Shown piece after piece: positions 51,194-58,993 of a stretch of DNA of 64,000 nucleotides. The notes below the pieces were generated by a model. It worked only from the letters and a program-made list of their open reading frames with translations. It made no database searches and was not told where the DNA came from. The position numbers and the translations under genes are program-made. The DNA is taken from the NCBI GenBank assembly GCA_900617105.1, contig UYFQ01000001.1, positions 4,216,001 to 4,280,000 on the forward strand. The letters are read 5' to 3'. How positions within the stretch are numbered: the stretch's first letter is position 1; each line of letters begins with the position of its first letter. This DNA comes from Hydrurus foetidus. Lineage: Eukaryota.

Positions 51194-51625
51194 TTATTGG
51201 CAGGCTGTTTTTAAGCCAAAGTTAGCTGCGTTTGTGATGTCAGCATAGTCTGGATTGCTTTCAATTTTAATAATTGAAGCGTCATCTATACCACCGACGA
51301 ATTGTCGATAACCTACGTAACCACCGTAAGAATTTTTAGCGTTTATTTCGCCGCAAACAACAGAGCCTTCTAAATATTTCACCAGTCGGACGTTATTGAA
51401 CTTTGCGCTATCGGGGTCTTTGAGTCCTTCTAAAACCGCTTTTTTCGCTTTTTCTAGGGTTTTTGCTGGCGTATTCGTTTTTAAGTAAATGCCGACTTGT
51501 CTAGCTTGGCTGGCTACGCTTGCTAGGGACATAGCACGTAAATCATCTATCGCGTCAGCGTGCGTGATGCCTAGCGTGAACGTAAGGATTGCTAAAACAA
51601 ATAATCTACTGGTGCTTTTAATCAT
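51194..51625 (-). CDS. Secreted moron-like hypothetical protein (LKDPDSA...CGEINAKNSYGGY family)
   Basis: Signal peptide; AT-rich codons; motif often seen in prophage accessory genes. Confidence 0.7.
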   Translation of the reverse strand: MIKSTSRLFVLAILTFTLGITHADAIDDLRAMSLASVASQARQVGIYLKTNTPAKTLEKAKKAVLEGLKDPDSAKFNNVRLVKYLEGSVVCGEINAKNSYGGYVGYRQFVGGIDDASIIKIESNPDYADITNAANFGLKTACQ

Positions 51626-51811
51626 GTTTGTGGCTGTAAGAACTCCCACGGTCCGCGTGGGTGCGGTTGAAGCTCCATCGTTGCTTTGTACCAGCCACAT
51701 GGTAAATGAGTAAATCCACAACAACCTATCTATGAGTGGCTGCGAAGGTTTCTGGCTCAATAGATTTAATTAAGCCTCCTTCTCGGGGTTCGACGTTCTA
51801 CTCAGGCGTCC

Positions 51812-52240
51812 TCATGAAAAATATTCATCGAGTGCCGGGTCACAGTCCCATGGGCGCGGCCCCATTTGCAAAGCCTTTTTAAGCCCGGCTGATTCGGCCC
51901 GTGTCGTGGCGCTTTTGCACAATCGCAACTTGCCCGATAAGGCGGCCATGGTTGCAGCGTATTGGTTTGACAGTTTGGCAGCCGGGTTTACTGTGCCATC
52001 GGCCAGAATAGGCCCGTTGTCGCTTACCAGACGGTCACAGGCGCGCTTTTGATGGTTAGCCGTTACCAATGCCTCAAGTAGCGTCAAGTCAGCCCCAGCG
52101 AAGTAATTGGCATCAACCCCAGCGCAGATTGAAACCCACAGCGCAGCGGCTCCAGGCGGTAGACCATCGGGCGGCGGCGGGCGCTTTGCGGTAAACGTTA
52201 GCGGCGTTGCTGCCAAGGCAGCGAGTGATTTTTTAGCCAT
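51812..52240 (-). CDS. P27-family phage terminase small subunit
   Basis: PPPPDGL..AAALW..ADLTLL..NPAAKL..KLRL pattern; follows a cos-like sequence. Confidence 0.75.
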   Translation of the reverse strand: MAKKSLAALAATPLTFTAKRPPPPDGLPPGAAALWVSICAGVDANYFAGADLTLLEALVTANHQKRACDRLVSDNGPILADGTVNPAAKLSNQYAATMAALSGKLRLCKSATTRAESAGLKKALQMGPRPWDCDPALDEYFS

Positions 52241-52257
52241 GTTGAATCCCTAAAAAT

Positions 52258-52335
52258 ACTGATTTATGAAAACGGAGTGAGAGACCGGTTATGCAAAGCT
52301 GTCGCTGTAGCGATTGAATGCCCCCCACCCCCTGC
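52258..52335 (-). other. Candidate HK97-like cos region upstream of terS
   Basis: Minus strand GGGGTGGGGGGCATTCAATCGCTAC..ACCGGTCTCTCACTCCGTTTTCATAAATC. Confidence 0.55.
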
Positions 52336-52354
52336 CTGCCTAGTGATGCGTGAA

Positions 52355-52807
52355 TCAAAGCAATGCCCCTTGTGCGGTGCTGGCAGGCCTGCGCTCTGTT
52401 GGGTCTGTAGCGGTGCGATGTTGACCAGTAGGCAGATTCGCGGTCAGCTCTGAATCATCAAGGTCGTGGCACCATTCGCAGGCCAAGTCTTGCAGCGCGT
52501 GTAGTTGGGTCATTTCATAGGTCAAGTCAGCGTGTTTGTGGTCGCTGTGCTTTTCCATCCAAGCAGCCAGGCTGTCGATACGGTCACGCAGTGCCATCAT
52601 GCGGCGCTGTAGGGTCGCGATGTCTTTTGCAGCTTTGGGGTCGCTGGTGGTCAGCCCCAGGTGCTCACAGGCCGCGACAAGTTGCCACGGGTGAATGGTG
52701 ATGGTTTCAGCGTCATCAATGCCTTCTTGCTGGGTCAGCATCACGGCGGGGCCGCTTTTATCGTTGACATGTTCAGCAGTCAAATGATGGTTTGTGAATA
52801 GGGTCAT
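52355..52807 (-). CDS. Hypothetical protein (satellite)
   Basis: 150-aa ORF with GAAAGC upstream; coiled-coil segment; co-oriented with element genes. Confidence 0.65.
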   Translation of the reverse strand: MTLFTNHHLTAEHVNDKSGPAVMLTQQEGIDDAETITIHPWQLVAACEHLGLTTSDPKAAKDIATLQRRMMALRDRIDSLAAWMEKHSDHKHADLTYEMTQLHALQDLACEWCHDLDDSELTANLPTGQHRTATDPTERRPASTAQGALL

Positions 52808-53001
52808 GGTTTGCTTTCAGTGTGTTGTCGTGTTTTGGAAATGAACCAAGCCAGTGAATAAGCGCTTGGGTTTTGCGGTCAGTCGTTGGTAGTTGCCATG
52901 CTCATCAATGCAGTTGTTTTGCCCAAGGGACTGGTATATATATAGGAGTGATATGCGGTGCCCTATGGTTTGCCTTTTCGGGTGATAGTGAAAACCCTTT
53001 G

Positions 53002-53583
53002 CTAACCCGCATGGGCATTGGGTTTGCGCCTATTTTTGCCATGTTCACGCCGTGCCATGGTTTTAGGGCTGACCGCTTCACCAGGTGCCATGGTCAGTGG
53101 CACGGCGTGCCCTAGGCTTTTTAATTTTGCAAGGTCAGTCTTAGCGTTGGTTTCGGCAGTGGCAATGAAGTCCAGGCCGATTTTTAAAGTGGTCACGCGC
53201 TTCCATTCATGCGTTGCTTTGCTGGCTTCAAGGTGCTTTGCTGGAATGTCAAAACACTCGCGGTCGGTCATGCGATACAGCGTCGGTAAACGCTGGCCAC
53301 CTCTAGCGCAGCCACCCCGGCGCGATATGGCAACCAGCCCCACAGCGCACAACGCACGCAAGCTGCGGGCTAAGGTCTTGGGGTGGCTGATTCCGCATGT
53401 TTTGGCGCGGCTTAGGGGTAACGAAAGGTCGCCATTGTTGTAGCCTTTAAGCTCACGCAGCAAGGCCAGATAAGCCAGTACGTCGTACGGCGATAAAGCA
53501 GCAAAGGCGGGGCTGTCGTATAGGTCAGCGTACACACGCAGGCTATGGCCGCGTGGGTCTTTGAATGATTTTATTTTGCTCAT
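53002..53583 (-). CDS. Winged-helix protein, putative replication initiator
   Basis: SPAFAALS..NNGDLSL..SHPKTLARSLRALCAVGLV wHTH; iteron-like repeats in the 3' end. Confidence 0.6.
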   Translation of the reverse strand: MSKIKSFKDPRGHSLRVYADLYDSPAFAALSPYDVLAYLALLRELKGYNNGDLSLPLSRAKTCGISHPKTLARSLRALCAVGLVAISRRGGCARGGQRLPTLYRMTDRECFDIPAKHLEASKATHEWKRVTTLKIGLDFIATAETNAKTDLAKLKSLGHAVPLTMAPGEAVSPKTMARREHGKNRRKPNAHAG

Positions 53584-53915
53584 GGCTGGCCCCCAACTTG
53601 CTGGCGCGTGGCTTGCCAGTCGTACAGCTTGCGGCGGTCAGCACCTGTAAAGCTGTAAACACCAGGGCGGCACACCAAACCGTCACGGTCAATAAACCGA
53701 ATACGCTGGCACGGTACGGCCAGGCCACGGCGGCGAAGCTCCGCTATCAGCTCAGGGCTATTGCTTGCCCCTGATTCCTTATCTAACGATTCGCGCGGCA
53801 TGGGCCGGCGAAGCAATGCAGCGATGGCACGTAGGTGGCGCGGGTTGTCGGTTCCGATAAACTTTGGCCTGTTCGGGGCGCTCGGCATTGCTTTTGTGGT
53901 GTCGGGTGTTTTCAT
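53580..53915 (-). CDS. Winged-helix hypothetical protein
   Basis: RESLDKESGASNSPELIAELRRRG..GVYSF; translationally coupled to its neighbours. Confidence 0.65.
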   Translation of the reverse strand: MKTPDTTKAMPSAPNRPKFIGTDNPRHLRAIAALLRRPMPRESLDKESGASNSPELIAELRRRGLAVPCQRIRFIDRDGLVCRPGVYSFTGADRRKLYDWQATRQQVGGQP

Positions 53916-54128
53916 TTATGCCACCCCCAGCAGTACGCGCTTCAATTCAGAAACTGGCCAGGCTAGGCGGCCATTGATACGCACGGGGCGCAATGGGCCA
54001 TGCTCCAGGCATGCCCATGACCTTAAGGTCTGGGGGCGGCGGTTCAGGTAATAGGCAGCGGCGGCGGTGTCCACTGTCGGGCGGGTTACAGATTCCAGAC
54101 TTGGAAACTGTTGAATTGCGGTGTGCAT
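53916..54128 (-). CDS. AlpA/excisionase-like HTH protein
   Basis: TVDTAAAAYYLNRRPQTLRSWA..PVRINGRLAWPVSEL. Confidence 0.85.
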   Translation of the reverse strand: MHTAIQQFPSLESVTRPTVDTAAAAYYLNRRPQTLRSWACLEHGPLRPVRINGRLAWPVSELKRVLLGVA

Positions 54129-54272
54129 GGACGTATTCCGGTATCACTGCAAAAGTGCAGCGATATGAATTACCTAGCTTGCATATTCGTGCAGGCAATC
54201 TGCAACTTACCTGCAACTTCTATTTACCAACGAAAACCAGCCCTCAAATGCAGGCAGTTGCAGGCGCTTGCA

Positions 54273-55043
54273 TCAGCTGCGGTGAACGGTAACGCCTTCC
54301 CTTTTGGGGCTATTCCGGCGCTCCAAAGCAGCCTTTACGTCTGGTGAAAATGATTGCCGTTTAATTCCCTCGCGGTCAGCCACCTTACCAACGCCATCGG
54401 GCAAACGCCCCTTGTAACCGTCGAAACATAACCCGGCATCTATACAAGCCTTCAAACGGCGGTCTTGTCGCTGTTCCTTTATCTCTGTCGCTTGCCCCAC
54501 GGGCAGGGGCGTTGCGGTGTTTTGCGTTTCGCCACTCAGTGCAAGCGCGAATTCTTCTGCTGGGAACATCCATTCCGGGCCGTGTTGATACCGCATATCG
54601 CCCGGCTTGGTAGTGTCCTCTATCCACCGCCCAGCTTGGGCTTGGCTCCAGACTGCAAACATTTTTTGAAGCGTTGCAGCCTTGATTCGTACCTGTTCGC
54701 GGGTTATTCGCACGGGCTCGGTGAACCATTGATACTCACCCTCCTTTTCGTCGTGTTTGCTGGGATGACTTGTTTTTGTTTCGCCACTCATCCAGAGTTG
54801 CGCAACTTGCCACGGGAAAAGAACGGCCAGTAGGGCATGTCCCGCTGGACTGCGGAATTGCTCCACCAGACCTTCACCAACGATGAATTTTTGAATTGTT
54901 GTTTGGGCAGTTATTGGCGGCGCGGCGTGTAATTCAATATCGCAATTTGTAGCCAAGTCGAATATTTCCGAATCAGTCCATGCGCGGCCTGTTCGACTTT
55001 CTAGTTCTGACAGTGCTTCGGGAATATTTGAAATACTCAGCAT
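54273..55043 (-). CDS. Hypothetical protein with a possible C-terminal HTH
   Basis: AAGGGG RBS before ATG 55043; C-terminal GVGKVADREGIKRQSFSPDV. Confidence 0.6.
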   Translation of the reverse strand: MLSISNIPEALSELESRTGRAWTDSEIFDLATNCDIELHAAPPITAQTTIQKFIVGEGLVEQFRSPAGHALLAVLFPWQVAQLWMSGETKTSHPSKHDEKEGEYQWFTEPVRITREQVRIKAATLQKMFAVWSQAQAGRWIEDTTKPGDMRYQHGPEWMFPAEEFALALSGETQNTATPLPVGQATEIKEQRQDRRLKACIDAGLCFDGYKGRLPDGVGKVADREGIKRQSFSPDVKAALERRNSPKREGVTVHRS

Positions 55044-55078
55044 GTAGCACCCCTTCAAGGTGTTCACTTCAAATAGGA

Positions 55079-55146
55079 GCCCCAGCCTGTCGGTGAAGGT
55101 GTCCGACTTTTCGCCAGCGGTAATTAGTCGCGGGCTAGGCTGGGGC
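55079..55146 (-). ncRNA. Candidate structured RNA (three-way junction)
   Basis: Perfect 10-bp closing stem GCCCCAGCCT/AGGCTGGGGC enclosing a GTCGG/CCGAC hairpin and a GAAAA linker. Confidence 0.5.
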
Positions 55147-55154
55147 AAAAACTG

Positions 55155-55454
55155 TTAAGCGTGCTCAGGTACAACGCTCAGGCGCAAACCCACAGCGTGA
55201 AGCACTTTGTGAACAGTTGCCAGTGTTGGGTTGCCTTCAGCACTTAGGGCTTTAAACAACGATTTGTCGCCCACATTGGCACGGCGTGCCACCTCTGCCA
55301 TGCCGTGTGCTTTGGCCACTTGTCGCAATGCCACTAGCAGGGTTGCAGGTTCGTCCAGTTCCATGACAGCTTCGATGTAAGCGGCGGCTTCAACGGGGTC
55401 TTGCAAGGCTGTGGTTAGGCTGTCTTCGTAGCTTACGTCGCGTGGTACTTTCAT
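55155..55454 (-). CDS. Addiction module antitoxin (HTH, HigA-like)
   Basis: AAAYIEAV..ALRQVAKAHGMAEVARRA..KALSAEGNPTLATV. Confidence 0.92.
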   Translation of the reverse strand: MKVPRDVSYEDSLTTALQDPVEAAAYIEAVMELDEPATLLVALRQVAKAHGMAEVARRANVGDKSLFKALSAEGNPTLATVHKVLHAVGLRLSVVPEHA

Positions 55455-55774
55455 GGTCGGCCTCTTTCTTTCCAGTCGTTCAAATAGTCAATCGCTTGCC
55501 TGATGGCGCGGTTTTGGTCGCTTTTATCGCTGCCACACAGCAGCAACACCAGCACCGTGCCCTGTCGGCTCACATACACCCTGTACCCGGGCCCCAGGTC
55601 TATGCGCAGTTCCTGCACACCGTCGCGTAAAGGTTTGCAATCCCCAAAGTTGCCAGCCTTTACCCGCTCCAACCGGGCGCGTATGTTTGCCCGTGCCTTT
55701 ACGTCCCTTAGTGCTAGCAGCCATTCGTCAAAAGGCTTATTGCCTTCCGAATCTGTGTAAATGCGAATATCCAT
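55451..55774 (-). CDS. Addiction module killer protein (RelE/HigB-type toxin)
   Basis: PFDEWL..RLERVKAGNFGD..GVQELRIDLGPGYRVY..LLCGSDK; 4-bp overlap with the antitoxin. Confidence 0.92.
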   Translation of the reverse strand: MDIRIYTDSEGNKPFDEWLLALRDVKARANIRARLERVKAGNFGDCKPLRDGVQELRIDLGPGYRVYVSRQGTVLVLLLCGSDKSDQNRAIRQAIDYLNDWKERGRP

Positions 55775-55796
55775 AATGGTATCTTAAAACGTACTG

Positions 55797-57137
55797 TTAT
55801 GCTACAGCCTGCAATTTACCGGGTACTGCCTTGGCATCAAACTTCACCCCGGCTTGCTCCAATATCCACGCCTCTATTTTTTCATGGTGCAGCGCCAGCA
55901 GCTCCAGCGGCCTAACCGTGTAATGCTTTTCAGCCGTGGCGCTTGGCTTGTGGCCTTGGATTTGTGCTACCACGCCCACGGGTACTTCTAGCCATTCGGT
56001 CAGACTTTTGAATGAGCGCCGCAAGCCGTGCAAGGTCAAGCCTTCAAGCCCCGCTGCTTTGCAGGCGCGGGTGTGCGGGTTGTTAGGTTCAGACATGCAC
56101 CCGCTGGCGCTGGTGGGGCTTGAAAACACCCATTCATTGCGCCGGGGCAGGGCGGCCAGCAAATGCAGCATGTAGGGTGTTGCGGGTATCTCGCGTGTGC
56201 CTTCTACCTTGTCACGAATGCTGATTCCCTTCCACTGGGTGTTGATGTCTTGCCAGCGCAGTGCCAGCACCTCCCCCGGCCTTGCACCTGTCAGCAGCAT
56301 TATTTGAAGGCAAGCTGCAATTGCGGGGTTTTGCAGTTGTTGTACGGCGGCAAACCATGGGCTCAGTTGCCCGCGTTGCAGCACATCAGATTTAACGGCG
56401 GCTTTGCCCAGGGCTTCACGCGCTTTTTTTGTTTTGGCTGGGTTTTTGGCTGGCACTAGTGTGGCGTATTGGGGCTGCTCAGCGCACCACGTTAAAAACA
56501 CCGTCAGCAGCCGCCATGCCAGCCGGGCAGACGATGCGCGGGTTTTGCCTTCATTTGCTGCCCATGCCTCTATTCGTGGCTGGGTAAGGTCTTTCAGTGC
56601 CAATGGCATCAATGCGGCCAGCGGCCCGGGCTTGGTCAATTGCTTGCCACCGCCACGGCGGCCAGACGGTAAGCCCCCTACCTTGGCCTTGTCGACATGG
56701 TCACGGTAATGCAGGTCACCCCAAAAAGGGCGGCGCTGCTCGATGTAGTCTGCCCAAGCATCACCCAGCGTCACAGCGGCCAACTTGTCGGTTTGCACCT
56801 TCGCAGCGGCTACAGCCTTTTTTTCAGCGGCGGCGGCTTTCCTGTCACGCTCCACCTCACGCGGGTCTGTGCCAGCATCGACCAGCATTTTTAGCCCTTG
56901 GGCTTTGGTGCGTGCTTTTTCAATCGGCCAGTCTGTTGGCGTACCGATAGTGATGCGAACGGTTGCCCCGTTCAAGCGCGATTCAAAAACGTAGGTTTTG
57001 CGGCCTGTAGGCGTTGCCCGTACTGCCAGCGTCGGTGTGTCGGTGTCCCACAAAAAAGACTGTGGCTTGCCCTTTGGGCAGCTAAAAGCATCGACCCGAC
57101 CAGCAGCTAAACGAACCCGATTTATTGGCTGTTTCAT
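55797..57137 (-). CDS. int: Tyrosine recombinase/integrase with N-terminal arm-binding domain
   Basis: LWDTDTPTLAVR..GRKTYVF arm domain; catalytic R (TGARPGE), K, HGLRR, QGH and KHY. Confidence 0.95.
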   Translation of the reverse strand: MKQPINRVRLAAGRVDAFSCPKGKPQSFLWDTDTPTLAVRATPTGRKTYVFESRLNGATVRITIGTPTDWPIEKARTKAQGLKMLVDAGTDPREVERDRKAAAAEKKAVAAAKVQTDKLAAVTLGDAWADYIEQRRPFWGDLHYRDHVDKAKVGGLPSGRRGGGKQLTKPGPLAALMPLALKDLTQPRIEAWAANEGKTRASSARLAWRLLTVFLTWCAEQPQYATLVPAKNPAKTKKAREALGKAAVKSDVLQRGQLSPWFAAVQQLQNPAIAACLQIMLLTGARPGEVLALRWQDINTQWKGISIRDKVEGTREIPATPYMLHLLAALPRRNEWVFSSPTSASGCMSEPNNPHTRACKAAGLEGLTLHGLRRSFKSLTEWLEVPVGVVAQIQGHKPSATAEKHYTVRPLELLALHHEKIEAWILEQAGVKFDAKAVPGKLQAVA

Positions 57138-57152
57138 ATCGTCCTGAAACTC

Positions 57153-57183
57153 TATAGGCAGCTTGTAGGCAACTTGTAGGCAA
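57153..57183 (+). repeat. Probable integrase arm-type sites (TATAGGCAG, TGTAGGCAA x2)
   Basis: Three 11-bp-spaced copies between the integrase start and att. Confidence 0.75.
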
Positions 57184-57308
57184 ATTTGCACAATACAGGT
57201 GCATATTAATCAACATTCAAACTGTTTGCCCATCCAGTTTAAAGTTTGTAAGCTGTTGATTTATATTGATTATAGGACTCTAATCAACAAAGGCGAATAT
57301 GAAAAAGT

Positions 57309-57358
57309 CAGGATTGTGATTCCTGTTGTCGTGGGTTCGAGCCCCATCAGCCACCCCA
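57309..57358 (+). repeat. att core, right junction (tRNA-His 3' fragment)
   Basis: Exact repeat of 50719-50768; lacks the tRNA 5' half. Confidence 0.95.
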
Positions 57359-57648
57359 GATAGAATATACAAAGCCTGCTATTTAAAACGTAGCAGGCTT
57401 TTTTCTTGTCGGTACGATGTAAGAGTGGATGTAAGACGATTTTCTGGATTGAGCCATCCTCACGCTAAAAAAGGCTCAGTTGGGCAGACGGTATCGAATA
57501 TGGCGCGAGGTTGGTTTTTTCAGTTTTAACTTGCCAGCGACTACACCAACCCATAAAGTGGTCCCACTCAAAGATTTCTCGGATGCTTAGTTTTTTGACG
57601 TTGCATCGGCGACCGTCACGAGGAGACAAAAGTTAGATCGATTAAACC

Positions 57649-58738
57649 TGACCCGCCCCCAATCCCCGTACCAATCTAAATTCCAGAAGCCCAAGGTTTG
57701 CAAGATTAACTGATCCCCTCGTTAATCTTGCAGAATTGCATTGAATCGCCAGTTAACTGGCGATTCAATGCTTTGAGAAGTCGCAGGCGGCACACGACCA
57801 CAGCCGCTGTGAGGCCTGACCTCGTTGTAATCAATTCTCCATGTGGCAATAGCCAGGCGGGCTTGCTCTAAAGACTCAAACCAGTTCTCGTCCAGGCACT
57901 CGTCTCCAAAGGTGCCATTAAAGCGCTCGATGTAAGCGTTCTGCGTCGGGCTGCCCAGCTCAATCAAGATGTGCTGAATGCCGTGTTTTTATGCCCAAGT
58001 CATAAATGCCCTGCAAGTGAATTCCGGCCCGATGCCCGTTGTCGGTTCTGACAGCCTTCGGGTAGCCGCGAAACATGGCCGCCCGATCCAGCAGGCGGGT
58101 GACGTAGTGCCCGCCAATGCCAAAGTCGGCCGTTATGTCTACGCATTCGTGGGTAAAGTCGTCAGCCACCGTCAGGCATTTGATGCGCCTGGAGATAGCG
58201 CCAGGCCGGCAAATGGCATCGCTCACAAAGTCCATGCTTCTCAAGTCTGGTTGACGGCCATCGCCACCACTAGCGGCAACCGCACACCTACGCGCTTGGA
58301 CTTCTTGCGCTTTCTGATCGACAGCCCTTCAGCGGTGTAGATGCGGTAGATCCGCTTGTGATTGATGTTTGGGTACAGCGGACGCAGAACGTCGTGGATC
58401 ATGCGGTAGCCCCAGCGCCTGCGGGCGTGAGCGGTCTGCACGATATGCTCGCGCAGCTCCACGTTGAGTGCGCTGGCCTGGCTCTCATGACGATACGTAT
58501 CTCGGCTTAGCCCCACAAGGGCGCAGGCGTGACGTTCAGACAGTTTGTGATGCTCGACCATGCTGGGCGCTTCGCGTTTGACTTGTGGGGCTAGCGATAA
58601 ATGACGAGTTTTGTGCCAAAGACGCTTTTAAGGGCATGGATGTCCAGGTGGGCCTCAGCCAGTAACCTCTTGAGCTTGCCGTTCTAGTGACGGACTTCTT
58701 GGAAATATGACTGGTACGGTTTATGGGGGGGCAGGTCA
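57649..58738 (-). mobile_element. Degenerate IS3-family (IS407-group-like) element
   Basis: Terminal IRs TGACCCGCCCCC..CCGTACCA and TGACCTGCCCCC..CCGTACCA; fragmented orfB (WGYRMIH, SMDFVSD, RTDNG, QNAYIERFNG); orfA mostly deleted. Confidence 0.88.
57722..58690 (-). pseudogene. Frameshifted IS3 transposase (orfA 3' remnant plus orfB in three frames)
   Basis: DDE transposase motifs split over ORFs 57722-57967, 57960-58244 and 58241-58561. Confidence 0.85.
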
Positions 58739-58911
58739 GTTTTGTCGGACATGCCCAATCGCTTGGCAACGTCAACGACTCTGTGACCACGCTCGGTTAC
58801 TTGACGTACCGCTTCAGCCTTGAATTCGGCTGGGTATCTCACTGTCTTCATGGTTATTACTCCAGTTCAATTTCGACATTAACAGGTGCCTATTGAAGCG
58901 GGTGACGCCCA
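58739..58911 (-). mobile_element. Truncated second IS3-family element (left end plus orfA N-terminus)
   Basis: MKTVRYPAEFKAEAVRQVTERGHRVVDVAKRLGMSDKT from ATG 58851, cut exactly at the IR of the inner IS. Confidence 0.78.
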
Positions 58912-58993
58912 GGTTTGAGCGTCGAGGATGCTTGCACTAAGAAGCTGTGACAAGTGCGACCGTGCTAATTGATTGACGTCGAGCGCTTCAGAT

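Larger units (their letters stand above)
50769..57358 (-). mobile_element. 6,590-bp integrated element, candidate minimal phage satellite (PICI-like)
   Basis: Flanking 50-bp att repeats, integrase, AlpA-like gene, small terminase, TA module; all genes on the minus strand. Confidence 0.88.

Noticed and set aside
55079..55146. Hammerhead ribozyme interpretation of the three-way junction
   Set aside because: It has GAAA but lacks the CUGANGA core, so it is kept only as an unassigned structured RNA.
57309..57358. Apparent second tRNA-His gene
   Set aside because: Only the 3' 50 nt are present, with no 5' acceptor strand or D-arm; it is the att duplication.
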